From contig VMFW01000003.1 in NCBI GenBank assembly GCA_007376265.1, positions 1,315-65,314 of the forward strand: a stretch of 64,000 bases of DNA, read 5' to 3'. A program made the translations under genes and the position numbers. A model generated the notes under the pieces. The model searched no databases. It was not told the DNA's origin and saw nothing but the letters and a program-made list of their open reading frames with translations. This stretch comes from Parcubacteria group bacterium Gr01-1014_20 (GTDB lineage Bacteria > Patescibacteriota > Minisyncoccia > UBA6257 > 2-01-FULL-56-20). The stretch's first letter is position 1. Every line of letters starts with the position of its first letter. Shown here piece after piece: positions 46,768 to 55,595 of this stretch.

Positions 46768-47976
46768 ATGCTTTTTCATTATTTGGCAGCGGATAAAGAG
46801 GGGAAGATTACAGAGGGGGATCTTGAAGTAGATGATTTTAATCAGGCTTTGCAGTTTTTAGCCGGGCGGGAGCTAAGGCCAATTTCGGTTAAACCCCTTA
46901 AGGGGGGCGAGGGTATTTCTTCACGGAGGATTTTTGGCACCATCAATCTGACCGATAAGATTTTTTTGTGTCGTTATTTGGCGCTCATGCTTCGGGTGGG
47001 GACGGATCTCTTGTCGGCCGTGAATATTCTGATTTCGGATTTTGATAAGCCAGCGATGAAAGAGTTTTTGATGGAGGTGCGCGATAATATCGGTCGGGGC
47101 CAACCACTTTATTCGGTCTTTGCAAAATATCCAAAAATTTTCTCGGCGGTTTTTGTAAATTTGGTTAAAGCGGCGGAGGCCTCTGGCAACCTTCAGGAAA
47201 CATTCGAAAGCTTGGCGGTCTCACTTTCTAAGGAGGCTGCATTGCGGAGCACGATTAAAGCGGCCTTGGTTTATCCGCTTGTGTTGCTTTTCACTTCCTT
47301 AGGAATTTTTCTTTTTTTAGTCACGTTCGCCTTACCTAAAATCGCTAAAGTTTTTCAAGAAAGTGGAATTCAGGCCCCGCTTTTTTCGCGAGTGGTTTTT
47401 GCGATTGGCCTTTTCATAAACGAGCACGCCTTCACTTTTATCGGGGGAATTGTGCTGGCTATTTTGCTTGGGGGTTACTTCTTTGGGATGAATATTATCG
47501 GTCGGCGACTAGCTCGGAGTTTTTTTGGGAAGCTACCAATTATTAAAAAAGTTTTTCACGAGCTGGCAATCCAGAGATTTGCTTCGACAACAAGCTCCTT
47601 GCTCAAGGCTGGTTTACCCATTGTTCAGACTTTGAATATCGCCGCCGATACCGTGAATGTCGAGGAATTTCGCCATGCCCTAAAAAGGGTTAGCGAGGAG
47701 GGATTAACGAAGGGACTTACAGTCGGTGACGCTTTTAAGCGCGAGATTATTTTTCCAAGGCTCGTGACAAACTTAATTGCGATTTCTGAAAAGGCCGGAC
47801 ACTTAGAGGATGTGTTGCAGACCCTCTCTGAGTTTTATTCGGCGAGGGTGGAGGCGGCCATAAAGTCACTGGTTTCATTTCTTGAGCCGGTGCTCCTTCT
47901 AACCATGGGTCTTTTGGTAGGTTTGGTGGCTATTTCGATCATTATTCCTATCTATCAACTTACTTCGCAGTTCTAA
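46768..47976 (+). CDS. pilC: Type IV pilus platform protein PilC/GspF
   Basis: FHYLAADKEG, two T2SSF domains, ALVYP, EKAGHLE, LEPVL; start trimmed to ATG 46768. Confidence 0.93.
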   Translation: MLFHYLAADKEGKITEGDLEVDDFNQALQFLAGRELRPISVKPLKGGEGISSRRIFGTINLTDKIFLCRYLALMLRVGTDLLSAVNILISDFDKPAMKEFLMEVRDNIGRGQPLYSVFAKYPKIFSAVFVNLVKAAEASGNLQETFESLAVSLSKEAALRSTIKAALVYPLVLLFTSLGIFLFLVTFALPKIAKVFQESGIQAPLFSRVVFAIGLFINEHAFTFIGGIVLAILLGGYFFGMNIIGRRLARSFFGKLPIIKKVFHELAIQRFASTTSSLLKAGLPIVQTLNIAADTVNVEEFRHALKRVSEEGLTKGLTVGDAFKREIIFPRLVTNLIAISEKAGHLEDVLQTLSEFYSARVEAAIKSLVSFLEPVLLLTMGLLVGLVAISIIIPIYQLTSQF

Positions 47977-48038
47977 ATCATGAAACATGAAGCATAAGAA
48001 ATACAATGGAAACGTGTTAGATCGATTACAATAGTAAA

Positions 48039-48644
48039 ATGATTCAAGATTTCCTCCATAGGAGGATCCGCCTCTGGCGGATGAGCTCCAATATTCATGG
48101 CCGAGGGGGGTTTACGATGATCGAGAGTCTGATCGTGGTGGCGCTTATTTTGTTTTTTGGGACAATCGCGCTCTTAAATCTTGGGCCCCGGAAAAATACT
48201 AAAGAATTTGCATCGACGGTAGAAAAGATTGTGCATATATTTGAGATGACGAGGAATAAAGCGGTAAACTTCGAAGGAGGGGACAGGTGGCTCGTGGCAC
48301 TCAGGTCTTCCGCTTGCCCCACTACTTACGGGCCGTTGCCTGCCGAAACGGCAGGACTAGCCATCTATTTTTCCTCTGCTCCTAATAGCAACGGTGTTTT
48401 TGATAGTTTTTACGCGTTGCCGGTGAGCGTGGCTTATGACGAAAGTGTGACTTTTTGGTCAATTTCATGTCCCACTGCCAAGCACATATATTTTGCCGGA
48501 CTGACGGGTCAGCCTTCCGAATCCAACTATATGCCATATCTCAAGATTTATATGATTTCTGATCCGCGGGTTTCTTCGACGATATCCGTATCAACATCAA
48601 CGGGACTCGTCAGTTACACGACGTCGTCGCTGTGGAGTTTTTAA
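48039..48644 (+). CDS. Minor pilin (FimT/GspH-like)
   Basis: GG|FTMIESLIVVAL; start uncertain (48039 or 48081). Confidence 0.8.
   Translation: MIQDFLHRRIRLWRMSSNIHGRGGFTMIESLIVVALILFFGTIALLNLGPRKNTKEFASTVEKIVHIFEMTRNKAVNFEGGDRWLVALRSSACPTTYGPLPAETAGLAIYFSSAPNSNGVFDSFYALPVSVAYDESVTFWSISCPTAKHIYFAGLTGQPSESNYMPYLKIYMISDPRVSSTISVSTSTGLVSYTTSSLWSF
48051..48081 (+). repeat. Double-hairpin element, copy 4
   Basis: TTCCTCCATAGGAGGATCCGCCTCTGGCGGA. Confidence 0.85.
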
Positions 48645-48653
48645 CCTACAAAG

Positions 48654-49307
48654 ATGTTTTTTAATCAGGCGAAGAAATTTAGAAATGGGCAGTCGCTCAT
48701 CGAGATACTAGTCGCGATTGCGGTTGGAGTGGTGATGCTTGGGGTGGCGATATCAATTATTGCCCCCGTTCTTAAGGCTAACACTCGCACTAACGAAGCG
48801 AAGGTGGCGGCGGCTTTGGGTCGGGAACTCTTGGAGAATACTCGGGTTTTTGTTGAGCGAGACTGGAATAATTTAGCGGTACTTTCCACGAGCTCGCTTT
48901 ACTCTTACCATTTGACTACCAGCACGGCCGCACCGGATTTTCCATTCCGTAAAATCGATGGAGTAGAGTCGATTGTAATTAGCAGCACGACCTACTTGAG
49001 ACACTTTAATGTCGATGACGTTTGTAGGAGTGGTAACGGAATTATTCAAGCTGATCCAGGACAATGTATTTATGTCGATCCGAGTACTAAAAAGGTGTCG
49101 GTAGTTTATGGGTGGCTGGGGGGATCGACTAGTTCGTTTTCGACTTATTTTACCAGGTTTAAAAATAGATCGATGAGTCAAAGTGATTGGTCTGGCGGAG
49201 ACTCTTTCTGGGGTCCGACCACTACCACCACGACCAGGTTTGTAACTTCCACTAACACAACCAGCACAAACGGTATAATTAGAATCGAGGAGGTTATTTC
49301 TGGCTAA
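48654..49307 (+). CDS. Minor pilin (PilV-like)
   Basis: NG|QSLIEILVAIAV; DPSTKKVSVVYGW. Confidence 0.82.
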   Translation: MFFNQAKKFRNGQSLIEILVAIAVGVVMLGVAISIIAPVLKANTRTNEAKVAAALGRELLENTRVFVERDWNNLAVLSTSSLYSYHLTTSTAAPDFPFRKIDGVESIVISSTTYLRHFNVDDVCRSGNGIIQADPGQCIYVDPSTKKVSVVYGWLGGSTSSFSTYFTRFKNRSMSQSDWSGGDSFWGPTTTTTTRFVTSTNTTSTNGIIRIEEVISG

Positions 49308-49313
49308 GTTTTT

Positions 49314-50306
49314 ATGAAAAACAGATCTACCATTTTTTGGGTTTTAATCGGGACAGCGGTTTTTCTCTCGGCCGGATTTTATTTTTTGCAGGTAGCGGAG
49401 AGGGTTGGAGCGGTCACTAATATTCATTCCACCTCGACTGATCACTGGGGCTGGAACGACCTGATGGGTTGGCAGGATTTTTATAGCAAAGGCAATGTGT
49501 TTGTGAAGCCGCTTAAGGTGGTGGGGGTAGTGAGTTCGACTATCGGGGACGTTGTGTTGCACTGTGAGAGCGATCCGGTGAGCGGTTGTAGCGGGCCGGC
49601 TGGAAATTGGGGGGTGTTAAATGCCGGGGGCCAGCTTTCGGGCTGGGCCTGGAATGATGTGGTGGGTTGGATTAGTTTTTGCGGGAAACCAGGTGGTGTA
49701 GGGGGCTGTTTTCCGAGTCTTACAACTTACGGGGTGACAGTCAGTAATTTGATTACCGGCAGCGATGAACCACCAAGTGATTTTTCTGGTTGGGCTTGGA
49801 ATGCTTCCGTGGGTTGGTTTAACTTTAACTGTTCTAATTTAGCGCCAACCGAACCGGCCTGGTGTGATATTTCGAGTTCGACTTCTTATGCCGCCGGGTA
49901 TAAGGTCAGAACCGATTGGTCGGCTACTTCGACTTACGGCAGTCTTTACTCAGCGGTGTTTGATGCTGGCTCCAATTTTCCGGTCGATTATAACTCGGTG
50001 GCTTGGGTGGGCACCAAACCGGCAGGGACGGATGTTTTTTTTCAGCTCGCAGTTCGGAACGATTGTAGTGGCGGACTTCCTACTTGCGCTGATGATACTT
50101 GGAATTTCACTGGCCCCGGGGGATCGACCTCAACTTTTTACCTCACTAATGTATATGGTTTTCAGAAGGGGATTTATTATGCTACCTTCGGTCGGGATTT
50201 TATCAATGCGGGGAGATATTTTAGGTATCGAATAAGGCTCAAGTCGGATTCGGCCCGGACGGAAACCCCCTCGGTCTACAAGGTTAACATTGATTGGACC
50301 TACTAG
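49314..50306 (+). CDS. Secreted Trp/Cys-rich repeat protein in pilus locus
   Basis: Signal anchor; three GWAWN..GW..F repeats; C-terminal RYFRYRIRL. Confidence 0.78.
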   Translation: MKNRSTIFWVLIGTAVFLSAGFYFLQVAERVGAVTNIHSTSTDHWGWNDLMGWQDFYSKGNVFVKPLKVVGVVSSTIGDVVLHCESDPVSGCSGPAGNWGVLNAGGQLSGWAWNDVVGWISFCGKPGGVGGCFPSLTTYGVTVSNLITGSDEPPSDFSGWAWNASVGWFNFNCSNLAPTEPAWCDISSSTSYAAGYKVRTDWSATSTYGSLYSAVFDAGSNFPVDYNSVAWVGTKPAGTDVFFQLAVRNDCSGGLPTCADDTWNFTGPGGSTSTFYLTNVYGFQKGIYYATFGRDFINAGRYFRYRIRLKSDSARTETPSVYKVNIDWTY

Positions 50307-50310
50307 GAGG

Positions 50311-50336
50311 AGAAGGCGGATCCTCCTCCGGAGGAA
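50311..50336 (-). repeat. Double-hairpin element, copy 5 (truncated, inverted)
   Basis: Reverse complement TTCCTCCGGAGGAGGATCCGCCTTCT. Confidence 0.8.
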
Positions 50337-50439
50337 GGTTTTCCTCTTTCGCTTAAAGCTTCGGATGGACGCGGTAGGTGATGGGCTCCATGGTTTTGAG
50401 TGAGGGTTATTTAATAGGAAAATAAGTTATAATGAGCTT

Positions 50440-50949
50440 ATGGGAAAGTTTCTAGAGTCATACGTTCGTAGTAAATATTTTACCCGTGGTCAGGCGGCTT
50501 TGTCTTTGGTTTTTTTGGTTGGGGGGACAGTGGTGCTTATTGGAACCACGTTAACTTTTCTCGTGATCAGTTTTATCAATACGACTTTTGGCTATCAGGC
50601 GGCTAACAGGGCGCTTGGGGTGGCTTTTGCGGGGGCAAACGACGGCTTGTGGAAGCTTTCGAAAAATAGAGATTTTGGCGGCTCTTATTATAATCAATCG
50701 CTTTGTGATTACTCTCTTCCGATCGGAAGTGACCAAGCGCACGTGATTATCACTCGGAAGGACGGCTCTTGCGGATCCCCCAGACCTACGAACCCAAACG
50801 AAGCTTGGATATACTCCGAGGCGAGTTATTTGGGGAGAGTTCGGAGGATTAATATGGTGGTCTCGATCGACCCAATCTCGGGGAGGGTGGTGGTAACTTC
50901 TATGGTACAGTCGGTGGTGGTTACGACGGGTAATGGTGCCGACAACTGA
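50440..50949 (+). CDS. PilX-like minor pilin
   Basis: RG|QAALSLVFLV; ALGVAFAGANDG pattern. Confidence 0.72.
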   Translation: MGKFLESYVRSKYFTRGQAALSLVFLVGGTVVLIGTTLTFLVISFINTTFGYQAANRALGVAFAGANDGLWKLSKNRDFGGSYYNQSLCDYSLPIGSDQAHVIITRKDGSCGSPRPTNPNEAWIYSEASYLGRVRRINMVVSIDPISGRVVVTSMVQSVVVTTGNGADN

Positions 50950-50962
50950 TTGTGAAGAAAAA

Positions 50963-52486
50963 ATGAGTTATTTTTCCTTTTATTTAAATAGCCTGATTAA
51001 GTTTCTCAAGGCGCAGGTTATTTCGGGCGGGTTGGAGATTTCTGACCTAGAACTACGGTTTGCTTATTTTGACGGAAGACGATGGCAGATGGTGGGGCTT
51101 AAGCTTCCGGCGGGGGTGGTTCAAGGCGGCAAAATTTTGGACAGCGCGCAGTTAGTCCAGGTGCTTAAACGTTTGAAGCTTGAAGTGTTTAGGGGGAAGA
51201 GTAAAAAAAATCGGGTGCCGGTGGTTTTGTCTTTAAGTTCGATCGGAGTTTACACGCAGGTTTTTAGCCTACCGACGTTAAAGGGAGCAACCCTCGAAGA
51301 GGCAATCGAGCTTAACGTGAGGATGGCTTCACCAATGGATCAGGCAATGGTTTACTCGGGATACCAGGTGATTGGTGAAGACAAAGAAAAGGGTAAGGTG
51401 GATGTTTTAGCGGCCTTTATCGCTAGAGAAATTGTTGATGGATTTCAGAGGGCCTTAACTGAGGCCGGGTTTTTGGTGATAGCCGTTGAATCAAGATCGA
51501 TGTCTTTGATAAGACTCATGCGCCAGCAAGGGATAGGGATTAGCCGACATGATTCCTACGCGGTAGTGGTTTTGGATAACGAAAATTTGGATTTTGTAAT
51601 TTTAAGGGGTGGTCAGTTCTATTTTGAGTATATAAGTTCTTGGGCAGAACTTAAGGGTGGGGGTCGGGAGATTTCGCTCACCGATTTTAGATCGACAATT
51701 ACTAGAAATTTGAGACAAGTTATTAATTACTATAACCAGCATTGGCCGGAAAAGATTCAAGAGGTAATTTTGGTGGCAGTGGGGTTGCAAGATGAGGTAA
51801 AGAAAATAGTGGCGGATAATTTTTCTCTGGAGGTTAAGGACCTTCAATTAAGGTTTGATCAGCCGATCTCAGCTGAGTGGTTTTCTGCGCTTGGCGGAGG
51901 ACTTAGATCGACTATGTCTAGGGGCGGGGATGAGGATTTGAGTTTACTCGGCGTGAGCGCTCGAGACGAATACCGTCAAGAAAGAATTGAAAGTTTTTTC
52001 GGTTTTTGGCGGGTGGCGATCCCGGTATTTTTAAGTTTACTTCTCGTGTTTTTCTTGAGCGGCTTTGTATTTTTGAGAGAAATGGACAAGTCTTTGACTC
52101 GAGAAGTCGGGGGGGTTGAGGGAGACGCTAGAATTAAGGAATTGGACGACCTAAGGGTTCAAGCGGAAGAATTTAACCGCGATATTGCTATGATCGCCTC
52201 AATCAGAAAAGTGGATCGCGCAAAGCTGTCGCCCCTAGAGAAGCTCAACAGTTTGGTTTCTAAGAATAGTTTAACGTTTACACGATTCGCGTTTAGAGAT
52301 TTCAATGTGTCTCTGATTTTTTATGGAGAGGCTAGGAGTAGAGATAATGTTATTAATTTTATTGAAGACGTAAAGAAAGACAGGCAGTTTAGCGACGTTA
52401 GGTTTTCTTTGACCGACATAAAGGAGACTGCTCAGGGTTTCTCTTTTTCGATAATCTTCTCGATAGCGGCTTCTATGCTTGAGTAG
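50963..52486 (+). CDS. PilM-PilN fusion-like protein
   Basis: Actin-like GLEISD...LPAGVVQGGKILD, then TM, coiled coil and PilN-like GEARSRDNVINFI; start uncertain (track gives 50933). Confidence 0.78.
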   Translation: MSYFSFYLNSLIKFLKAQVISGGLEISDLELRFAYFDGRRWQMVGLKLPAGVVQGGKILDSAQLVQVLKRLKLEVFRGKSKKNRVPVVLSLSSIGVYTQVFSLPTLKGATLEEAIELNVRMASPMDQAMVYSGYQVIGEDKEKGKVDVLAAFIAREIVDGFQRALTEAGFLVIAVESRSMSLIRLMRQQGIGISRHDSYAVVVLDNENLDFVILRGGQFYFEYISSWAELKGGGREISLTDFRSTITRNLRQVINYYNQHWPEKIQEVILVAVGLQDEVKKIVADNFSLEVKDLQLRFDQPISAEWFSALGGGLRSTMSRGGDEDLSLLGVSARDEYRQERIESFFGFWRVAIPVFLSLLLVFFLSGFVFLREMDKSLTREVGGVEGDARIKELDDLRVQAEEFNRDIAMIASIRKVDRAKLSPLEKLNSLVSKNSLTFTRFAFRDFNVSLIFYGEARSRDNVINFIEDVKKDRQFSDVRFSLTDIKETAQGFSFSIIFSIAASMLE

Positions 52487-52968
52487 ATTTTTTTCTTCTC
52501 TGTCGGGGGAATATTTTTTAAGACAAACTTTTCGGCTTTTAGGCGTTTCGAGCCTTTTTTTTGTTTGGGTCGAATGCCAATTCGAAGACGCCAGAACCGC
52601 TTTGTTTTTAGGTTTTTAATTACGGACTCAACTCCTTTGTGGCCGGCGCTCGTTTTGTCGAACGATAATTTCCAGCTGCCGATTTCAATGTCACTGTCAT
52701 CGTGAACGACAATGAGATTGTCTGGTAAGAAGTTGAGCTTTTTTAAGGCCTTTTTTATGGCTAGACCGGACTCATTCATGTAGAGCTCGAGCTTTAAAAC
52801 GGTTAGGTTTATAGCGTTAGGGAGTTTGAGAGTCTTTGGGATTCCGCCTTCAGTTTTCGAGGTGTCTAGTTTTTGAGTCAAAAGGTCAATGAAAGCGCGT
52901 CCGACGTTGTGATAGGTGTTCTCATATTTCTTGTCTGGATTACCTAGGCCGACGATAAGTTTGTTCAT
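52432..52968 (-). CDS. pth: Peptidyl-tRNA hydrolase
   Basis: LIVGLGNP, HNVG, YMNESG, VVHDD, GHKG, RLRIGI; start at ATG 52968, 6 nt after TATAAT. Confidence 0.95.
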   Translation of the reverse strand: MNKLIVGLGNPDKKYENTYHNVGRAFIDLLTQKLDTSKTEGGIPKTLKLPNAINLTVLKLELYMNESGLAIKKALKKLNFLPDNLIVVHDDSDIEIGSWKLSFDKTSAGHKGVESVIKNLKTKRFWRLRIGIRPKQKKGSKRLKAEKFVLKNIPPTEKKKIYSSIEAAIEKIIEKEKP

Positions 52969-53029
52969 TCCTTGATTATAGCTTGTTTTTATTATAGAAT
53001 AACCCAAACAGAATCAAAATCTTACGCAA

Positions 53030-53581
53030 ATGAAGAGATTTCTCTATTCTTTCTTGGAAGTGGTGGAAGTGGCTTTGATCGCCGTTATATCAGTTTTTTT
53101 GGTGCGGACTTTTTTGGTTCAGCCGTTTTTGGTAAGCGGGGAGAGTATGGCCCCTAACTTTTCTAATGGAGACTATCTTCTGGTTGACGAGCTTACTTAC
53201 TACTTTCGAACACCGGGGCGAGGAGAAGTGGCTGTTTTTAGGTATCCGAGTGGCAATGGAAGCACGTATTTCATTAAGAGAGTAATTGGTTTGCCGGGGG
53301 AAAAGGTTAAAATCAGCGATGGGAAGGTTTACATATTTAATCAGGACAACCCCCAAGGTTTTTTACTCGAGGAAGATTATTTGTCTCCGAGGGCGGTTAC
53401 AACTGGAGACGCTGAATTCAAAATTGATGGCGAGAACTATTTTGTGTTGGGCGATAACCGGTCTTATAGCTTTGATTCTAGGAGTTGGGGTCTTTTAAAT
53501 AAAAAAGAGATTGTTGGTTTGGCTAGGCTTCGACTTTGGCCACTCGCTCACATGAAAGCTTTTGCCGCCCCCCAGTACTAG
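53030..53581 (+). CDS. lepB: Signal peptidase I
   Basis: SGESMAP, FIKRVIGLPGE, GDNR..S.DSRSWG. Confidence 0.95.
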   Translation: MKRFLYSFLEVVEVALIAVISVFLVRTFLVQPFLVSGESMAPNFSNGDYLLVDELTYYFRTPGRGEVAVFRYPSGNGSTYFIKRVIGLPGEKVKISDGKVYIFNQDNPQGFLLEEDYLSPRAVTTGDAEFKIDGENYFVLGDNRSYSFDSRSWGLLNKKEIVGLARLRLWPLAHMKAFAAPQY

Positions 53582-53602
53582 CCTTGAATAACTTTATTTT
53601 AA

Positions 53603-54943
53603 ATGCCCAAAAAAACAATAGTTAAAAGAGGAGGTAAGTTAAGAAATCAAGAAAAAGTTTTTACTGGACCAGCTCACGTTTCAGACATTTTACCCGTAGA
53701 TTGGCCGTGGTTTGATCGAGTAAGAACCGTGACCGAAGACCTCGCTAATTTTTACGGATTCAGAGTGGTGAAGACGCCAGTCCTAGAGAGGGCTGACTTT
53801 TTTTCGACCGTGTATGACCAAGATCCGTCTTTTTTTGAGCAGCAATCTTTAACTTTGAAAGCAAAGGGTTCGGGGCAGTTGGTCTTGCGAATGGACGGGA
53901 TGCCAGCCGTTCTTAGATCTTATTTCGAGCACGGACTTGGGAAAATGCTTCAGCCCCAAAAACTTTTTTATGAGGGCGAGATTTACAGGCAGTCGGAGAT
54001 TTTGCCGGGGAAAAGGATGCTTCACCAGTATGGGTTCGAGATAGTGGGCGGTAGCAATGATCCCCTTTACGACGCCCAGATAATTTTGGTGATGGAGAGA
54101 CTTCTTAAGTCGTTCAGGATAAAGGGTTTCACCCTATCAGTTAATTCTATGGGGTGTCGAAATTGCCACCAGGCTTATAAAAAACAGTTGCAGGCCTACT
54201 ATCGAAACCATGAAAAAGAAATTTGTGATAGTTGCTCTACGGACCTTCAGAAAAATCCCTTATTGCTTATGGCTTGTCAGAAGGAGGAGTGTGAGGGATT
54301 AAAGGAGAAAGCGCCCAGTTTTCTCGATAAGATCTGCAGTTCTTGCAGTCGAAATTTCAGAGCGGTGCTCGAATATCTCGATGAGCTTGAAATTCCATAT
54401 GTCCTCGACAATCGCGTGATCAACGCTTGGGATTTTTATAATCAAATTCTATTCGAGTTTTCTCTGGAGAGCGAGAAGGGAAAACCATTGGTGCTCGCGC
54501 GAGGCGGGCGACACGATTTTTTGAGTGAGATAATCGGGGGCAAGGTAACACCAGCCGTGGGCGGGTCGATTTTCGCAGAAGCGATCATCGAGGCCATGAA
54601 AGCTCAGGATGTTAAGTTGCCGGCCAAGAATCAAAAAGGGGTTTTTATTGTTCACGTGGGCGAGCTGGCAAAAAAGAAGTCTTTAAGGGTTGTTGAAGAG
54701 CTTAGGCAGGGTGGCATTTCCGTTACCGAGGCGTTAGGCCGAGAATCGATTAAATCCCAGCTTAAAATGGCGGCTCGCCTAGGGGCACAGCTAGCGCTGC
54801 TTTTTGGACAGAAAGAGGTTTATGAGGAGAGTATAATTCTTCGAGATCTCAGGACCGGCTTGCAAGAGACCGTTATTTTGTCTAAGATAGTGTCCGAGAT
54901 TCAGAGGCGACTAAAGGAGAAATTCCCAGTAGTGGAAGGTTAA
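53603..54943 (+). CDS. Histidyl-tRNA synthetase-like protein, degenerate motifs
   Basis: HisRS architecture with anticodon domain; RPEGT->RMDGM, LVRGLDYY->VINAWDFY, GGGRYD->RGGRHD. Confidence 0.82.
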   Translation: MPKKTIVKRGGKLRNQEKVFTGPAHVSDILPVDWPWFDRVRTVTEDLANFYGFRVVKTPVLERADFFSTVYDQDPSFFEQQSLTLKAKGSGQLVLRMDGMPAVLRSYFEHGLGKMLQPQKLFYEGEIYRQSEILPGKRMLHQYGFEIVGGSNDPLYDAQIILVMERLLKSFRIKGFTLSVNSMGCRNCHQAYKKQLQAYYRNHEKEICDSCSTDLQKNPLLLMACQKEECEGLKEKAPSFLDKICSSCSRNFRAVLEYLDELEIPYVLDNRVINAWDFYNQILFEFSLESEKGKPLVLARGGRHDFLSEIIGGKVTPAVGGSIFAEAIIEAMKAQDVKLPAKNQKGVFIVHVGELAKKKSLRVVEELRQGGISVTEALGRESIKSQLKMAARLGAQLALLFGQKEVYEESIILRDLRTGLQETVILSKIVSEIQRRLKEKFPVVEG

Positions 54944-54947
54944 ATAA

Positions 54948-55376
54948 ATGGATTGTTTGTTTTGTAAAATTGCTACTTTAGAGATTGAGGCTAAAATTTT
55001 AGCTAAAAATGATGACGCGGTGGCGGTTTTAGACATTAACCCTAGGGCACCTGGACACACCATGGTTCTCCCCAGAGTTCATGCCGATTCCATTTTAGAC
55101 CTGCCGGATTCAAAGCTAGGATCGATTTTCGGGTTAGTAAAAGTAATGACTGACGTTTTAAATAAAGTTTTTAGTCCGGACGGGTTTACAATCGGAATTA
55201 ATCATGGGAGAGCAGCGGGTCAAGCGGTTGATCACTTGCATATCCATATTATACCCAGATGGAGAGGCGATGGGGGGAGTTCGATTCACGGCGTGGTAAA
55301 TAATCCACCCCACGATTCACTGGATGAGGTCGAGCGGAGAATTAAAAATTTTTTGGGAGATACAATGGTTAAATAA
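54948..55376 (+). CDS. HIT-family hydrolase
   Basis: DCLFCKI, GHTMV, HLHIHIIPR. Confidence 0.95.
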   Translation: MDCLFCKIATLEIEAKILAKNDDAVAVLDINPRAPGHTMVLPRVHADSILDLPDSKLGSIFGLVKVMTDVLNKVFSPDGFTIGINHGRAAGQAVDHLHIHIIPRWRGDGGSSIHGVVNNPPHDSLDEVERRIKNFLGDTMVK

Positions 55377-55377
55377 A

Positions 55378-55590
55378 ATGGTTAAAGTATTAAAAAAAGA
55401 AGGAGAAGCTCCAAGCGCGTTACTTTTTAGATTCACAAAGAAAATAAAGCAGAGTGGAGTTCTTAAAGAATCTAGGAAACGGCGTTTTACGAGCAGAAAG
55501 CCCAACAAGAGAAAGGCCAGACTCTTGGCTAGTCACCGAGCAACTAGACGGAGCCAGATCGAAAGGTTGAGAAAGTTGGGTTTATCCTAG
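55378..55590 (+). CDS. rpsU: 30S ribosomal protein S21
   Basis: MVKVLKKEGE...LFRFTKKIKQSGVLKESRKRRF..KP; precedes yqeY. Confidence 0.85.
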   Translation: MVKVLKKEGEAPSALLFRFTKKIKQSGVLKESRKRRFTSRKPNKRKARLLASHRATRRSQIERLRKLGLS

Positions 55591-55595
55591 GACTT

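Noticed and set aside
55365-55389. Direct repeat ATGGTTAAA at the HIT-rpsU junction
   Set aside because: Only 9 bp, with no enclosed element; likely a small local duplication.
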